A stretch of 64,000 bases of DNA from Abditibacteriaceae bacterium (lineage in GTDB: Bacteria; Armatimonadota; Abditibacteriia; Abditibacteriales; Abditibacteriaceae). The stretch covers positions 2,624,001 through 2,688,000 of the forward strand of contig OZ255721.1 in NCBI GenBank assembly GCA_965277285.1. Direction: 5' to 3'. Position 1 is the first letter of the stretch, and the number at the start of each line of letters is the position of its first letter. Both the position numbers and the translations under genes were made by a program. Of the stretch, positions 29,981 to 39,533 are shown in pieces. Below the pieces are notes generated by a model. The model was not told the origin of the DNA, made no database searches, and was given only the letters and a program-made list of their open reading frames with translations.

Positions 29981-31600
29981 TCACATCTTGGCGCCGCTCA
30001 TGCCCAAAGCGTGCAGCGCATTTTGCGCGACCACCAACGCGGCGCGCAAAACTTGCGGCGAAGCGGCGGGCGCGTTCGGGCGCGTCGCCCACAAAACAGC
30101 GCGCACGGCTTTGCTCAAGTCGGAAACAAAATTCGCCACGCGATGCGGCGCGCGTTCCAGAGCGGCGTTTTCCGCCGTGTCCGGCCACAAAGCGATCAAT
30201 CGCGCGACTTCGCGTTCTTCATCCGAAAACTCGCGTTTCGAGTACTCGATGTCGACATTTTGCGGATTGGATTCGCTTTGCGCAATCAAATTTTGCAATC
30301 GCGTCGGCAGAAGGCGCGCGGCATACGCGGGATTGGTTTCATCGTCACGGCGCGCGGTTTCATCGTCAATGGCGACGCGTTCGTCGGCATTATGACGCAG
30401 CAAAAAGAACTTCAAGGTATCGGCGTCAATTTCATCGAGCGCATCGTCCAATGTCCAGGCACCGCCATCTTTGCCGCGCGAAACAGGCCGGCCATCTTTC
30501 AGAAAACGCGCGCCTTCGCACGGCAAAACTTCCAATTTCCCGGCGTCGTAACCGGCAGCCGAAAGCGCGGCGCGCGTGCGTTCAACGTAAGGACGATGTT
30601 CGCCCGTCCAAATGTTGAGCAAGATTTCAAAACCACGCTCGTTCTTAAAAATATGGTAGGCGATGTCGGACGCCAGATAGGTCGGGCGACCGTTGGCGCG
30701 CACGAGTACGCGATCCGCTTCGTCGCCAAAGCGCGAGGTTTGCAGCCACTGCGCACAGTCACGTTCGTAAGTCAGACCGCGTTCGCGCAGGCGAGAAATC
30801 GCGCCTTCAATGCGACCTTCGCGCTTCAATGCGGCTTCCGAAGTCCACACATCGAAGCGCACGCCGAAGCGCTGCATGGCGTTTTTCTGCATTTGCACCG
30901 AGGTTTGCACAGCTTGGTGCGCGAAAAGCGCGGCGCGTTCTTCGTCCGGCATCAGCAGATGCGCGCTGCCATCGCGCCGCGCGATGGTTTCCGCCAGGTC
31001 GCGCACGAAACTGTCGTTCAAAACGCCTTCGGGCGCTTCGTGCGGCTGTCCCAATAGCGTCAGATAATGCGAGGCAACGCTTTCGCCCAAAAGTTTCATT
31101 TTGGCGGACGTTTCGTCGTCGTTGAGATACCATTCGCGCGTCACACTGGCGCCTTGCAACGTCAAAAGACGGCACAAAGAATCGCCCAATGCGGCGATGC
31201 GAGAAAGTCCAAAGGGCAGCGCACCGGACGGATCGGCGGACACGAATTCGACGACGATGCGCTTGTCTTGCAAAGCGTTTCCGGCGCCGAATCGTTCGCC
31301 TTGTTCGATGGCGTCAGCTATGGCCTGTCTTAAAGTTTCGTCGTTCATGCGAAAATTGAGAAATCCTTTGCGTTCTTCAATCGAAAGCCCATCTTTTGGC
31401 ACTTTGGCCAGCAAACTCGTGGCGACTTGCGACGGCGTTTGTTTCGTTCGCGCCGCTAAAATTAGCACGATGTTCGATGTCCAATCGCCGTGTTCTGAAC
31501 TTGGCGCCTGACGCACCCAGAATCGAGTACTCGAAACCTCTTCTGGCAACACTTTTTCCAATTGCGCGCGCAAAGTTTCGCGTGTGATGTTTTTGGGCAT
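29981..31600 (-). CDS. argS: Arginine--tRNA ligase homologue with degenerate catalytic motifs
   Basis: HGDWTSN, GFLNF, VEFVSA, REWYLND, FGDEADRVLVR.NG.PTYLASDIAYH; HIGH position reads PFGL. Confidence 0.8.
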   Translation of the reverse strand: MPKNITRETLRAQLEKVLPEEVSSTRFWVRQAPSSEHGDWTSNIVLILAARTKQTPSQVATSLLAKVPKDGLSIEERKGFLNFRMNDETLRQAIADAIEQGERFGAGNALQDKRIVVEFVSADPSGALPFGLSRIAALGDSLCRLLTLQGASVTREWYLNDDETSAKMKLLGESVASHYLTLLGQPHEAPEGVLNDSFVRDLAETIARRDGSAHLLMPDEERAALFAHQAVQTSVQMQKNAMQRFGVRFDVWTSEAALKREGRIEGAISRLRERGLTYERDCAQWLQTSRFGDEADRVLVRANGRPTYLASDIAYHIFKNERGFEILLNIWTGEHRPYVERTRAALSAAGYDAGKLEVLPCEGARFLKDGRPVSRGKDGGAWTLDDALDEIDADTLKFFLLRHNADERVAIDDETARRDDETNPAYAARLLPTRLQNLIAQSESNPQNVDIEYSKREFSDEEREVARLIALWPDTAENAALERAPHRVANFVSDLSKAVRAVLWATRPNAPAASPQVLRAALVVAQNALHALGMSGAKM

Positions 31601-31658
31601 TACTTCCCGTCAGATTATCAGCGACATTCATGGGCGGGCGTCATCACCATCAACCAAT

Positions 31659-33005
31659 TTACTTCAACCAGTGCAACAACGCCCAATTTTCTACCTGTGT
31701 CAAAACCCACAAAGTGGCAATCATGCCAATGGCGGAATAAGCGATGCCGGAATTGAGCATGCGACTGCCGAACGTTCCCACGTCGTGCGGGTTTTTCTGA
31801 TATTTCGCCAGCACTTCCTGTCCGGCGCGAATGCCGCTTTCCAATTGCTTGCGCGTCGCGGGCTTAGTCGTGAAATAAAGTTGCAACGCTTCACCGAAAC
31901 TGCGCCAGAAAAAGAAAACAAAGAGCAGCGCCAGCAAAAACGTTTCGGGATCGTTGTTCGGCAAGTGCTGAAAAATAATCACGATCAATCCGGCCAGCGC
32001 GACCAGATTGGTGCCGCAACGCGGATGAGGACGCGGCATTTTGCCGACGATTTCGGGGCGCAAAGGCAAGCCTTTTTCAATCGCCCACACCGTTTGATGT
32101 TCCGCCGCATGAATGCCCGACATCGGAATAGCGCGCAAAAACAGCAAAAACAACAACGATTGAACCGCCGCCGCCACCAGATTAAACGTATTGTTGCCCG
32201 TCACCGCGTCGCTCAATTGGCCGGATGCGAAAAGGTTCGCCCACTGCGGTTTCCAGATCGCCAGCGCGACTAAAATTGTCGCTTGCGAAGCGAATTGGCA
32301 CAACGCCAGAACCGCGCCCGACAACACCAAACCCAGATTGGGCGCGCCGCCATTGAGCGTTCCCGTCGTGAGCCAGACACCCAGCGGCGTTGCCATGCCG
32401 CCGACAACCGGAGGCCGAGTTTGCTCGCCCAGCGCCGCCACCACATCAGCGCGCGAAATCATGCCTTGATAACCTGCCACGCCGTCAATGACCGGCAACG
32501 CGTTCACCTGGTAGCGGTCGAGCGCAACGAGCGCATTTTCCAGCGAAAACACAGCCGGAACAAAGCCCATATCGCGCCGCATCATATCGCGCGCCTTCAA
32601 TTCTTTGACGGCCTGCGGGATTTCGCGCGCGGCGGTTTCTTCGTCCAAAGCGGGACGCGGCGCGCCATTCGAGTACTCGAAGTGCCCATTCAGCGCGCCG
32701 TTCGAGTGTCCGTTGGTTGTGCCGTTGGAAAACGCGCTTGGCGTGAAACCATTGGCGTAAACGGCGGCGCGTGGCGCATTCTGGCGGCGCAAAACTTCCA
32801 AAACCGCGCCCGACAAATCGCGTTCATCAACTAAACCCAGCAACGACGCGTGGCGCAATTCGGCGATTGAAGTCGCGTCGCTGTCGAAAACGGGAATCGT
32901 GCTGACGTGCGATTCGCGCAAGTTTTCGGCGACAAGACCCAGCGTGTCGTCGGGGCGCGCGGTCGGCGTTTCGCGCGCAAGTTGTCCGGCTCGCAAAAAA
33001 GACAT
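31659..33005 (-). CDS. CBS-pair plus DUF1385-like membrane protein
   Basis: CBS repeats; HAAEHQTV and HPRCGTN motifs of DUF1385. Confidence 0.75.
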   Translation of the reverse strand: MSFLRAGQLARETPTARPDDTLGLVAENLRESHVSTIPVFDSDATSIAELRHASLLGLVDERDLSGAVLEVLRRQNAPRAAVYANGFTPSAFSNGTTNGHSNGALNGHFEYSNGAPRPALDEETAAREIPQAVKELKARDMMRRDMGFVPAVFSLENALVALDRYQVNALPVIDGVAGYQGMISRADVVAALGEQTRPPVVGGMATPLGVWLTTGTLNGGAPNLGLVLSGAVLALCQFASQATILVALAIWKPQWANLFASGQLSDAVTGNNTFNLVAAAVQSLLFLLFLRAIPMSGIHAAEHQTVWAIEKGLPLRPEIVGKMPRPHPRCGTNLVALAGLIVIIFQHLPNNDPETFLLALLFVFFFWRSFGEALQLYFTTKPATRKQLESGIRAGQEVLAKYQKNPHDVGTFGSRMLNSGIAYSAIGMIATLWVLTQVENWALLHWLK

Positions 33006-33182
33006 GAGGAAAACTTCAGAAACTTCGGGGAAGGCGTTACAAGAAATTGAAAAACGCGCCGCGAGACTGCGGGCGCGCTCAAGGGAATTATATCGCAAGT
33101 CGAGTCGAGTTTTTCAACCTCATTTACCGTAAACGCGGCTAAAATGCGCTGTCTCGAAAATGAAACGTCATAAACGGCACGT

Positions 33183-33530
33183 TTAGGGTTTTATGTCCTC
33201 GTGTTCCTGCCGTCGAAACTCATCAAGCAACTCAAAGAACGTCGCTAATGCTTGGGTTTCATCGCCGTTGCATTGTTCCAAGATAACATCACCCTGGATA
33301 TTTGAAGGCAGATTATAATGCTTCAAAATCCACTTATTGAACCTTCCATCACCCCAAAGCTGATTTTTGCAAGGAATATCGTTATCATCCATCGCTCTTT
33401 GATAACCATCGAGAAACCACCAAAGCTTGGTCAGCGATTTCTCACCCAAATACATTGCAGGTCGCTGTTGAATTTTGTCCAGCATTTTATAAAAGTCAAA
33501 AACGCCATCGATTTGGAATTCTTCGGTCAT
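33183..33530 (-). CDS. Hypothetical protein (tandem paralogue 2)
   Basis: EFQ.DG.FD.YKML..I.QRP..Y.G shared with the neighbouring ORF; overlapping stop/start. Confidence 0.75.
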   Translation of the reverse strand: MTEEFQIDGVFDFYKMLDKIQQRPAMYLGEKSLTKLWWFLDGYQRAMDDNDIPCKNQLWGDGRFNKWILKHYNLPSNIQGDVILEQCNGDETQALATFFELLDEFRRQEHEDIKP

Positions 33531-33898
33531 GGTTTCTCAATAGATTTTTCGCCAGTGGCGCTTTCTTGTTGACGAAACAGTTCAACCAGTTCAAGGAACA
33601 TATTCAATGCTTTGGCTTCCTCAACGTTGCACTGCTTGAGAATGTTGTTCGCCCAACCATTGCAGTTATACGGCAAATCGAGATGCTTGCGAATCCAATT
33701 GTCGAACGGGATGTTGTTCCAAGGCCCAACTTCGCGGTAAGCGATTTTATTATCAAGCAGCGCCGAACGATAACCATTCAAATAATGCCACAAGCTGCTC
33801 AGCGACAAAGTTCCAACGTACAAGCCAGGACGTTGACGAATGACGTTCAACATCTTGTAAATGTCAAATTCGCCATCGGTTTGGAATTCTTTGTTCAT
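33527..33898 (-). CDS. Hypothetical protein (tandem paralogue 1)
   Basis: ATGA overlap with the serS stop; paralogous to 33183..33530. Confidence 0.75.
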   Translation of the reverse strand: MNKEFQTDGEFDIYKMLNVIRQRPGLYVGTLSLSSLWHYLNGYRSALLDNKIAYREVGPWNNIPFDNWIRKHLDLPYNCNGWANNILKQCNVEEAKALNMFLELVELFRQQESATGEKSIEKP

Positions 33899-35193
33899 CG
33901 CTTTTCCAAGAATTCTTGGCCACCTAAATACGGGCGCAACGCATTCGGAATGAGTACTCGATTGTCGGCGGTCTGGTTGTTTTCCAGAATTGCGGCCATC
34001 GTGCGCCCGACCGCCAAACCGCTGCCGTTCAACGTATGAACGTATTCCGGTTTTCCAGCTTTGCCGTTTTCGTCAATTGGACGATAGCGAATGTTGGAGC
34101 GGCGCGCCTGGAACGCCTCGAAGTTGGAGCAGCTCGAAATCTCGCGGTAGGTTTTTTGGTGCGGCAGCCACACTTCGACATCATACGCTTTGGTTGCCTT
34201 GAAACCCAGATCGCCCGCGCAATGTTCGACCGTGCGAAATGGCAGTTCCAGCAATTCGAGTACTCGTTCGGCGTTTTTGGTCAAAGATTCCAACTCGTCG
34301 TAACTTGTTTCGGGCGCGACGAACTTGACCATTTCGACTTTGTTGAACTGATGCACGCGAATGATGCCGCGCGTGTCGCGTCCGGCGCTTCCAGCTTCGC
34401 TGCGAAAACACGCGGAATACGCCGCATATTTGATCGGCAATTGCGACGCTTCCAAAATCTCGTCGGCGTGAAAGTGCGTGACGGGAACTTCAGCGGTCGG
34501 AATCAGCCAAAGGTCGTCGCGCTCGACGTGATAAGCGTCGTCGCCGAACTTGGGCAAAACTCCGGCGCCGATCATCGCTTCGGGACGCACCAAAAACGGC
34601 GGCAACATTTCTTCGTAACCGTGTTGTTGCGTGTGCAAATCGAGCATGAACGCAATTAGGGCGCGTTCCAAACGGGCGCCATCGCCGCGCAAAACATAAA
34701 AGCGCGAGCCGCTGATTTTCGCGCCACGTTCAAAATCGAGAATACCCAGACTTTCGCCGATTTCCCAATGCGGTTTCGGCTCGAAATCGAAGCGAGGAAT
34801 CTTGCCCCATTTGCGAACTTCAACGTTTTCGTCTTCAGTCGCGCCAAGAGGCACATCAGGCGCGTGAAAGTTTGGCACTTCGAGCAGCGCCGCGTTCATT
34901 TGCTCTTCGGTGGTGCGCGCCAGATCATCCAAAACGCTGATGCGTTCGCCCAGAGTGCGCGTTTGCGCGATCAGTTCGTCGGCGCTTTCGCCGCTTTTCT
35001 TGAGTTTGGCGACTTGTTGCGAAGCGTCGTTGCGCTCTTTTTTGAGAGCTTCGACTTCAACTAAAGTTGCGCGTCGCGTGGTATCGAGTTCGAGTACTCG
35101 ATTGACCAGAGTCGCGCCATCGCTGACGCCTTTGTGGTTCAAGTGGGAAACGACGAGTTCGGTGTTGCTGCGAAGAAATTTAAGGTCAAGCAT
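33895..35193 (-). CDS. serS: Serine--tRNA ligase
   Basis: [51 protein letters not shown]. Confidence 0.97.
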   Translation of the reverse strand: MLDLKFLRSNTELVVSHLNHKGVSDGATLVNRVLELDTTRRATLVEVEALKKERNDASQQVAKLKKSGESADELIAQTRTLGERISVLDDLARTTEEQMNAALLEVPNFHAPDVPLGATEDENVEVRKWGKIPRFDFEPKPHWEIGESLGILDFERGAKISGSRFYVLRGDGARLERALIAFMLDLHTQQHGYEEMLPPFLVRPEAMIGAGVLPKFGDDAYHVERDDLWLIPTAEVPVTHFHADEILEASQLPIKYAAYSACFRSEAGSAGRDTRGIIRVHQFNKVEMVKFVAPETSYDELESLTKNAERVLELLELPFRTVEHCAGDLGFKATKAYDVEVWLPHQKTYREISSCSNFEAFQARRSNIRYRPIDENGKAGKPEYVHTLNGSGLAVGRTMAAILENNQTADNRVLIPNALRPYLGGQEFLEKR

Positions 35194-35364
35194 CGGGGAT
35201 ATTTTAACAAAGGATGAAATATGAGGGATGAAGGATGAAAAAGCCGAACTTAAACGACATATTTATAGTTTCGAGTACTCAATTTCATCCTTTTTCTCTT
35301 GGCCTTTGCTTTGCGCACATAACGGCGCCGCAAAACTGTCGTTCAAGGTTATCAAGGGAAAATA

Positions 35365-35832
35365 ATGAACAAAGAAACCATGATTCGCATGATCGGAGCC
35401 GGACGCGACCAGGTTCTACGAACCGCGCAAGCTGTGCCCGACGACAAACTGAACTGGAAACCGCTGGATAACGGGCGCAGCGTTCTCGATTTGCTGGGCG
35501 ATGCCGCGCAAACGCCAACGTTCGCCACGCAAATGCTGACCAATCCCGACTTCAAACCTTCGCGCGAAGCCTTCGCTCAAATGGCGCAGGAACGTGCGAA
35601 TTGGACGCGCGAAGAAACTGTCGAAAAGCTGAACAAAAACACCGAGGAAGTGATTGCAGCGATTGGCAACACCAGCGAAGAAGAACTGAACAAGATGGTG
35701 ACGTTGCCGATGGGCGGCGGCATGACACTTCCCACGTCCGCCTGGGTGATGATGACTTATCGCACCTTCATCTCGCGCATGGCGCAAATCAACTACATCC
35801 AAACGCTGTACGGCGATTTTGAATCGCACTGA
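35365..35832 (+). CDS. DinB/YfiT-like protein
   Basis: VPDDKLNWKP...RS.L, AQINYIQTLYGD; AAGGG SD. Confidence 0.7.
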   Translation: MNKETMIRMIGAGRDQVLRTAQAVPDDKLNWKPLDNGRSVLDLLGDAAQTPTFATQMLTNPDFKPSREAFAQMAQERANWTREETVEKLNKNTEEVIAAIGNTSEEELNKMVTLPMGGGMTLPTSAWVMMTYRTFISRMAQINYIQTLYGDFESH

Positions 35833-35853
35833 TTTCGTGAAAGGAGAAAGATC

Positions 35854-36063
35854 ATGCTGAACAACAATTCGTACAACATCGTGACGGCGCTCAGTGAAAA
35901 ATCGGAAGCGATCACGATTTACGACGACTTCATCGAAGACGCCGAAGAAGCCGAAAGCCCCGAATGCGCCGAACTGTGGCAGCAAATCCGCGAAGACGAA
36001 GAACGCCACGTCGAAATGCTCAAAGAACACCTGGAGATGCTGGTCAAAAACGGCAAGTTCTAA
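35854..36063 (+). CDS. Small ferritin-like/rubrerythrin-like helical protein
   Basis: YD.FI.DA...C.ELW..I.EDE.RH; AAGGAG SD. Confidence 0.75.
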   Translation: MLNNNSYNIVTALSEKSEAITIYDDFIEDAEEAESPECAELWQQIREDEERHVEMLKEHLEMLVKNGKF

Positions 36064-36079
36064 AATCAAGCGATGCAAT

Positions 36080-36122
36080 AAAAAGCGAACGAGTACTCAA
36101 ATCGAGTACTCGTTCGCTTTTT
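36080..36122. terminator. Bidirectional terminator built from two GAGTACTC cores
   Basis: AAAAAGCGAACGAGTACTC-AAATC-GAGTACTCGTTCGCTTTTT between convergent genes. Confidence 0.85.
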
Positions 36123-36128
36123 GTTTCG

Positions 36129-36596
36129 TCAATCAAGATAAGGCGAGACGTATGTTTCAGAATCAATTTCCAATTTGCCCTTTCCGCAATCGGGACAACA
36201 AATTGGCTTCGCTGTTAGTATAAATGAATGTTCCGTCAGAGATTCCTCTACCCAATCGAGACGTTTTTCAACGTTGAACGCACTGTTTTTAATGTATTCC
36301 AATGCTTCTCTTCCTTCTTCATCCACTTTGTCAAGAAAAGGTTCAACATACGATGGCTCGTTCTTTTGCCAAGTCATTCTGAAGACGTTTTTCTCTGCCA
36401 AGCCCGCTATTTCGGGATAGTTTTTGTAGAGCCTTTTAACTTTGAGTAACATACGCTGTTCTTCTTTCAAAGCCGAATAGAGATGCACGGCGCGAAGTAG
36501 ATCATAATCTTCTTGAGACAAAATGCTGACAGGGAAGGATCTTCCGCAGCCGTTGCATTTTATTGGCTCGTTATGAGAATTGAAGTCATCAAGCAT
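36129..36596 (-). CDS. Hypothetical protein with terminal CxxC pairs
   Basis: CNGC near the N-terminus and CPDC near the C-terminus; AT-richer than neighbours. Confidence 0.65.
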   Translation of the reverse strand: MLDDFNSHNEPIKCNGCGRSFPVSILSQEDYDLLRAVHLYSALKEEQRMLLKVKRLYKNYPEIAGLAEKNVFRMTWQKNEPSYVEPFLDKVDEEGREALEYIKNSAFNVEKRLDWVEESLTEHSFILTAKPICCPDCGKGKLEIDSETYVSPYLD

Positions 36597-36639
36597 GGTT
36601 TCTCAACCGCAGGTCCTTAATCGAGTACTCGATTCGCCT

Positions 36640-37167
36640 TTATCGACGCTTATTCTCTTCAACTTCGCGTTCCTCTCGTGCGGCCTGAGAACGAAACGAA
36701 GAAGCGATGAGGTTGCTCATTACGCGGCGCACGTCTTCGTCTTCGATGCTGGCCGTCAATTCTTCGGCGTGGCGCGCTGCAGCGTCATCTTTGACAGCGG
36801 GAACGCCACGCGGCAAAGGCGCGGCTTCGGGAAATGTCGGGTCTTCCCAGTTCGGCTTGAGCGCGCCGACTTTGATGCCACGCGGCGGCGTCACCGAACA
36901 ACGAATTTTTTGTACGATGTTCTGGCGCAAGCGACCATTCATACGCGTCACGATGCGCGCTTCCTGAAAGTGCAACTCCTGCGTCCATTGCGACGAGCGA
37001 GCGCGCACATACAACGTGCCGTTCTTGAACTTTTCGGCAATCGTGTGGCGCGCGATATTTTCGCCGACAACATCCGGCCAAATCTCGACCGTCATTTGCT
37101 CGAGAACCTTGCCGCGCCAGCCGCGCGCATCCAAAACTCCATTGACTATGTTGGCTACGTTTTCCAC
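36640..37167 (-). CDS. dciA: DciA/DUF721-family protein
   Basis: W.DVVGE.IA.HT, G.LYV...SS.W.QEL; downstream of recF. Confidence 0.85.
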   Translation of the reverse strand: MENVANIVNGVLDARGWRGKVLEQMTVEIWPDVVGENIARHTIAEKFKNGTLYVRARSSQWTQELHFQEARIVTRMNGRLRQNIVQKIRCSVTPPRGIKVGALKPNWEDPTFPEAAPLPRGVPAVKDDAAARHAEELTASIEDEDVRRVMSNLIASSFRSQAAREEREVEENKRR

Positions 37168-37269
37168 AGCGATTATTTTAGCGTTGTCAAGCCGTCAGAA
37201 CGAAATTCTTTTCGGCTCTTCACGCTCCCATCGAGTACTCGACACAAGATTATTTCGTCCAAAACCGAC

Positions 37270-37324
37270 TTTTCCCCAACTTTGCACAAAAGTTATCCAC
37301 AGGTAGGGAAAAGTATGTGGATAA
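37270..37324. promoter_or_regulatory. DnaA-box cluster upstream of dciA
   Basis: TTATCCACA 37293-37301, TGTGGATAA 37316-37324, plus degenerate boxes. Confidence 0.8.
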
Positions 37325-37382
37325 CTTATTAAAAGTGGTGTGTCAAGGTGATGGAGAGTTAGTAAAGCGCAATTAAAAGCCT

Positions 37383-37847
37383 TTAATCCCACATGATTTG
37401 CAAAACTTTACAGCCTTCTTTAAGCTCTGCCGCTATGTTCGGTGTGCCATGTGCAAAACCTTCGCACGGCCCATCGGCCTTGAGAATATTATTCCAATTT
37501 TCGACCTTAGATTTGTTGGCTGAAGTCAGAATGTAAATGCTTTCGACATAAGGCCATTTCTCGTCAATCTCTTCGGCTTCTTCGATTTCGTAGATTTCAA
37601 CTAATACATCTTGAACATCAGGCTGAGAACGAATTTGGTGTAGTGTGTCAAAGAAGAAATTCAAGCCTGGATGTGGCTCAAGATTGCACGCGATGGAATA
37701 TTGGTCGGTGTTGCCAGTGAAAAAATCTTCCAGGGAAACCAAAGGCAAAGCTGCTTTGTGCCGCCAATCAGGAGCTACGAAACCTTGAGCTTTAATTTTC
37801 TCCATCAAAGCAATTTTATGTTGGTTCATAGTTTCACAACTCAACAT
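37383..37847 (-). CDS. Hypothetical acidic protein
   Basis: Overlaps the recF stop; AT-rich; ends in WD. Confidence 0.7.
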   Translation of the reverse strand: MLSCETMNQHKIALMEKIKAQGFVAPDWRHKAALPLVSLEDFFTGNTDQYSIACNLEPHPGLNFFFDTLHQIRSQPDVQDVLVEIYEIEEAEEIDEKWPYVESIYILTSANKSKVENWNNILKADGPCEGFAHGTPNIAAELKEGCKVLQIMWD

Positions 37848-39028
37848 TAACTCGTTTCCACGCGCCCATTTTCCACGCGAAAAACTTGCGGCGCCGTGTC
37901 TTCCAGGAGTTTCAAATCGGTGGCGGTGAGGACGCTTTGTGCGAAGCCTTGCGCTTGCTCTAAAAGTCGCTTGCGGCGCGTCGAATCAAGTTCGGACAGC
38001 GCGTCGTCGAGAAGCAAAATCGGCGGCTCTTGCGTGACGATTTCGACCCAGCGCGCCAGAGCGACTTTCAAAGCTAAAACCGCCAAACGTTGTTGACCTT
38101 GCGAGCCGAAGCGCCGCAAATCCATTTCGTCCAGACGGAAAACGAGATCGTCGCGGTGCGGGCCGGAAAGCGTTGTGCCGCGACGCAAATCGTTATCGTG
38201 ATTGCGCTCCAGGCTTTGCGAAAACAACATTCCCCAATTGTCGGCGTTCTCTTCGCCGCGCAAATTAACGCCGACGCCGGTCGAGTACTCGATTGTGAGA
38301 ACTTCGTCGCGTCCGCTGAGTTCGCTGTGAGTTGTCGCTAAAATTGGCGCCAGTTCAGAAAGAAATGTCGCGCGTTGCGCCAAAATGCGCGCGCCGTAAG
38401 TGATGACTTGCTTGTTCCATTCGCCCAAAGTTCCCAAACCTTCCGCCGCGTTTCCAATCGGACTGCGGCCACGAAAACGGCTTTCGCTGAGATGTTTAAG
38501 AAGCGCGTTGCGTTGTTGCAAAGCGCGCTTGTAACGTGCGCTGTCGGCGAAGTGCGCCGGACGACTTTTGCCCAGTTCGAGGTTGAGAAAGCGGCGCCGT
38601 TGGTCGGGTTCGCCCGCGATAATGGTCAAATCGTGTGGGAAAAACGCCACGATTTGCAATTGTCCCAGCCAGTTGAGAATTTGAGACTGTGGAACGCCGC
38701 CGACGCGCAAATCGCGTGTGACTGTGGCGCGCGGGTTTTCGGGATTTTCGACGCGCCAGCCTAATTCGAGTACTCGATTCTGCTGACGATTGCCCGCTGC
38801 GAGTTCGACTTCGGCGGAAAGCCTTGTCTCGCGCTCGTTCCAGCGCATCAGTTCGCGGTCGCGCTCGACAAGCGGCGATTTCGTTGTCGCCAAAACGCAA
38901 AGCGCTTCGAGAAGATTGGTTTTGCCTTGTCCGTTATCGCCCGTCAGCGCAACCAGGCCTGAAGGAAAAATGATTTCCTGCGCCGCGTAATTGCGAAAAT
39001 TGCGCAGGCGCAGCGTGCGAACGATCAT
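37847..39028 (-). CDS. recF: DNA replication/repair protein RecF
   Basis: NFRNY, GDNGQGKTNLLEA, GPHRDDL, GSQGQQR, LLLDDALSELD. Confidence 0.97.
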   Translation of the reverse strand: MIVRTLRLRNFRNYAAQEIIFPSGLVALTGDNGQGKTNLLEALCVLATTKSPLVERDRELMRWNERETRLSAEVELAAGNRQQNRVLELGWRVENPENPRATVTRDLRVGGVPQSQILNWLGQLQIVAFFPHDLTIIAGEPDQRRRFLNLELGKSRPAHFADSARYKRALQQRNALLKHLSESRFRGRSPIGNAAEGLGTLGEWNKQVITYGARILAQRATFLSELAPILATTHSELSGRDEVLTIEYSTGVGVNLRGEENADNWGMLFSQSLERNHDNDLRRGTTLSGPHRDDLVFRLDEMDLRRFGSQGQQRLAVLALKVALARWVEIVTQEPPILLLDDALSELDSTRRKRLLEQAQGFAQSVLTATDLKLLEDTAPQVFRVENGRVETS

Positions 39029-39052
39029 TGGAAAGGTGAAATGTGAGAAGAA

Positions 39053-39505
39053 TCAACGAGCGGGCGCAATGTTTGTCGAGGCCTGCATTTGCGCTAAAGA
39101 TTTCCGCGCCGAACTTCCGAAATCTTTATCATTGACCATCTTTTTGAGTATTTCGATAGCTTCGGCTTTGTTTCCGGTTTTCCTCAAACAACTGCTCAAC
39201 ATCAGCCACGCGCCGCTGTTTTCCGGCTGAAGGCGCACGGTTTCGCGGAAATACTTGATGGCGTCAGGCCAATTGCGGCCTTTGTTGGTTCGACTGTGCA
39301 TCGCGGCCCAAGCCAAACCTTCATCCGCCGCCGCATCGTTTGGATTTTCCTGCAATGCAACGCGCGCCGCCTGCGGATGACTCGTATATTGGTCGACTTG
39401 CTCGATGTAGCGCGCCTTGTTGGCAATCGGAACGACCGATCAATAAGCGACAAAGCACGCCACGATCAACCAAAAACCAAGACCGAAAAACACGGTGTTT
39501 TTCAT
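39053..39505 (-). pseudogene. Membrane-anchored TPR protein with an in-frame TGA at codon 22
   Basis: ATG 39505 MKNTVFFGLGFWLIVACFVAY*SVVPIANK... continues in frame into ORF 39053..39355 (AIKYFRETVRLQPENSGAWLML). Confidence 0.65.
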
Positions 39506-39533
39506 AAGGGCGAGGAATCGAGTACTCGATCCG

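Noticed and set aside
29951..31057. 368-aa plus-strand ORF
   Set aside because: Antisense shadow of the ArgRS homologue.
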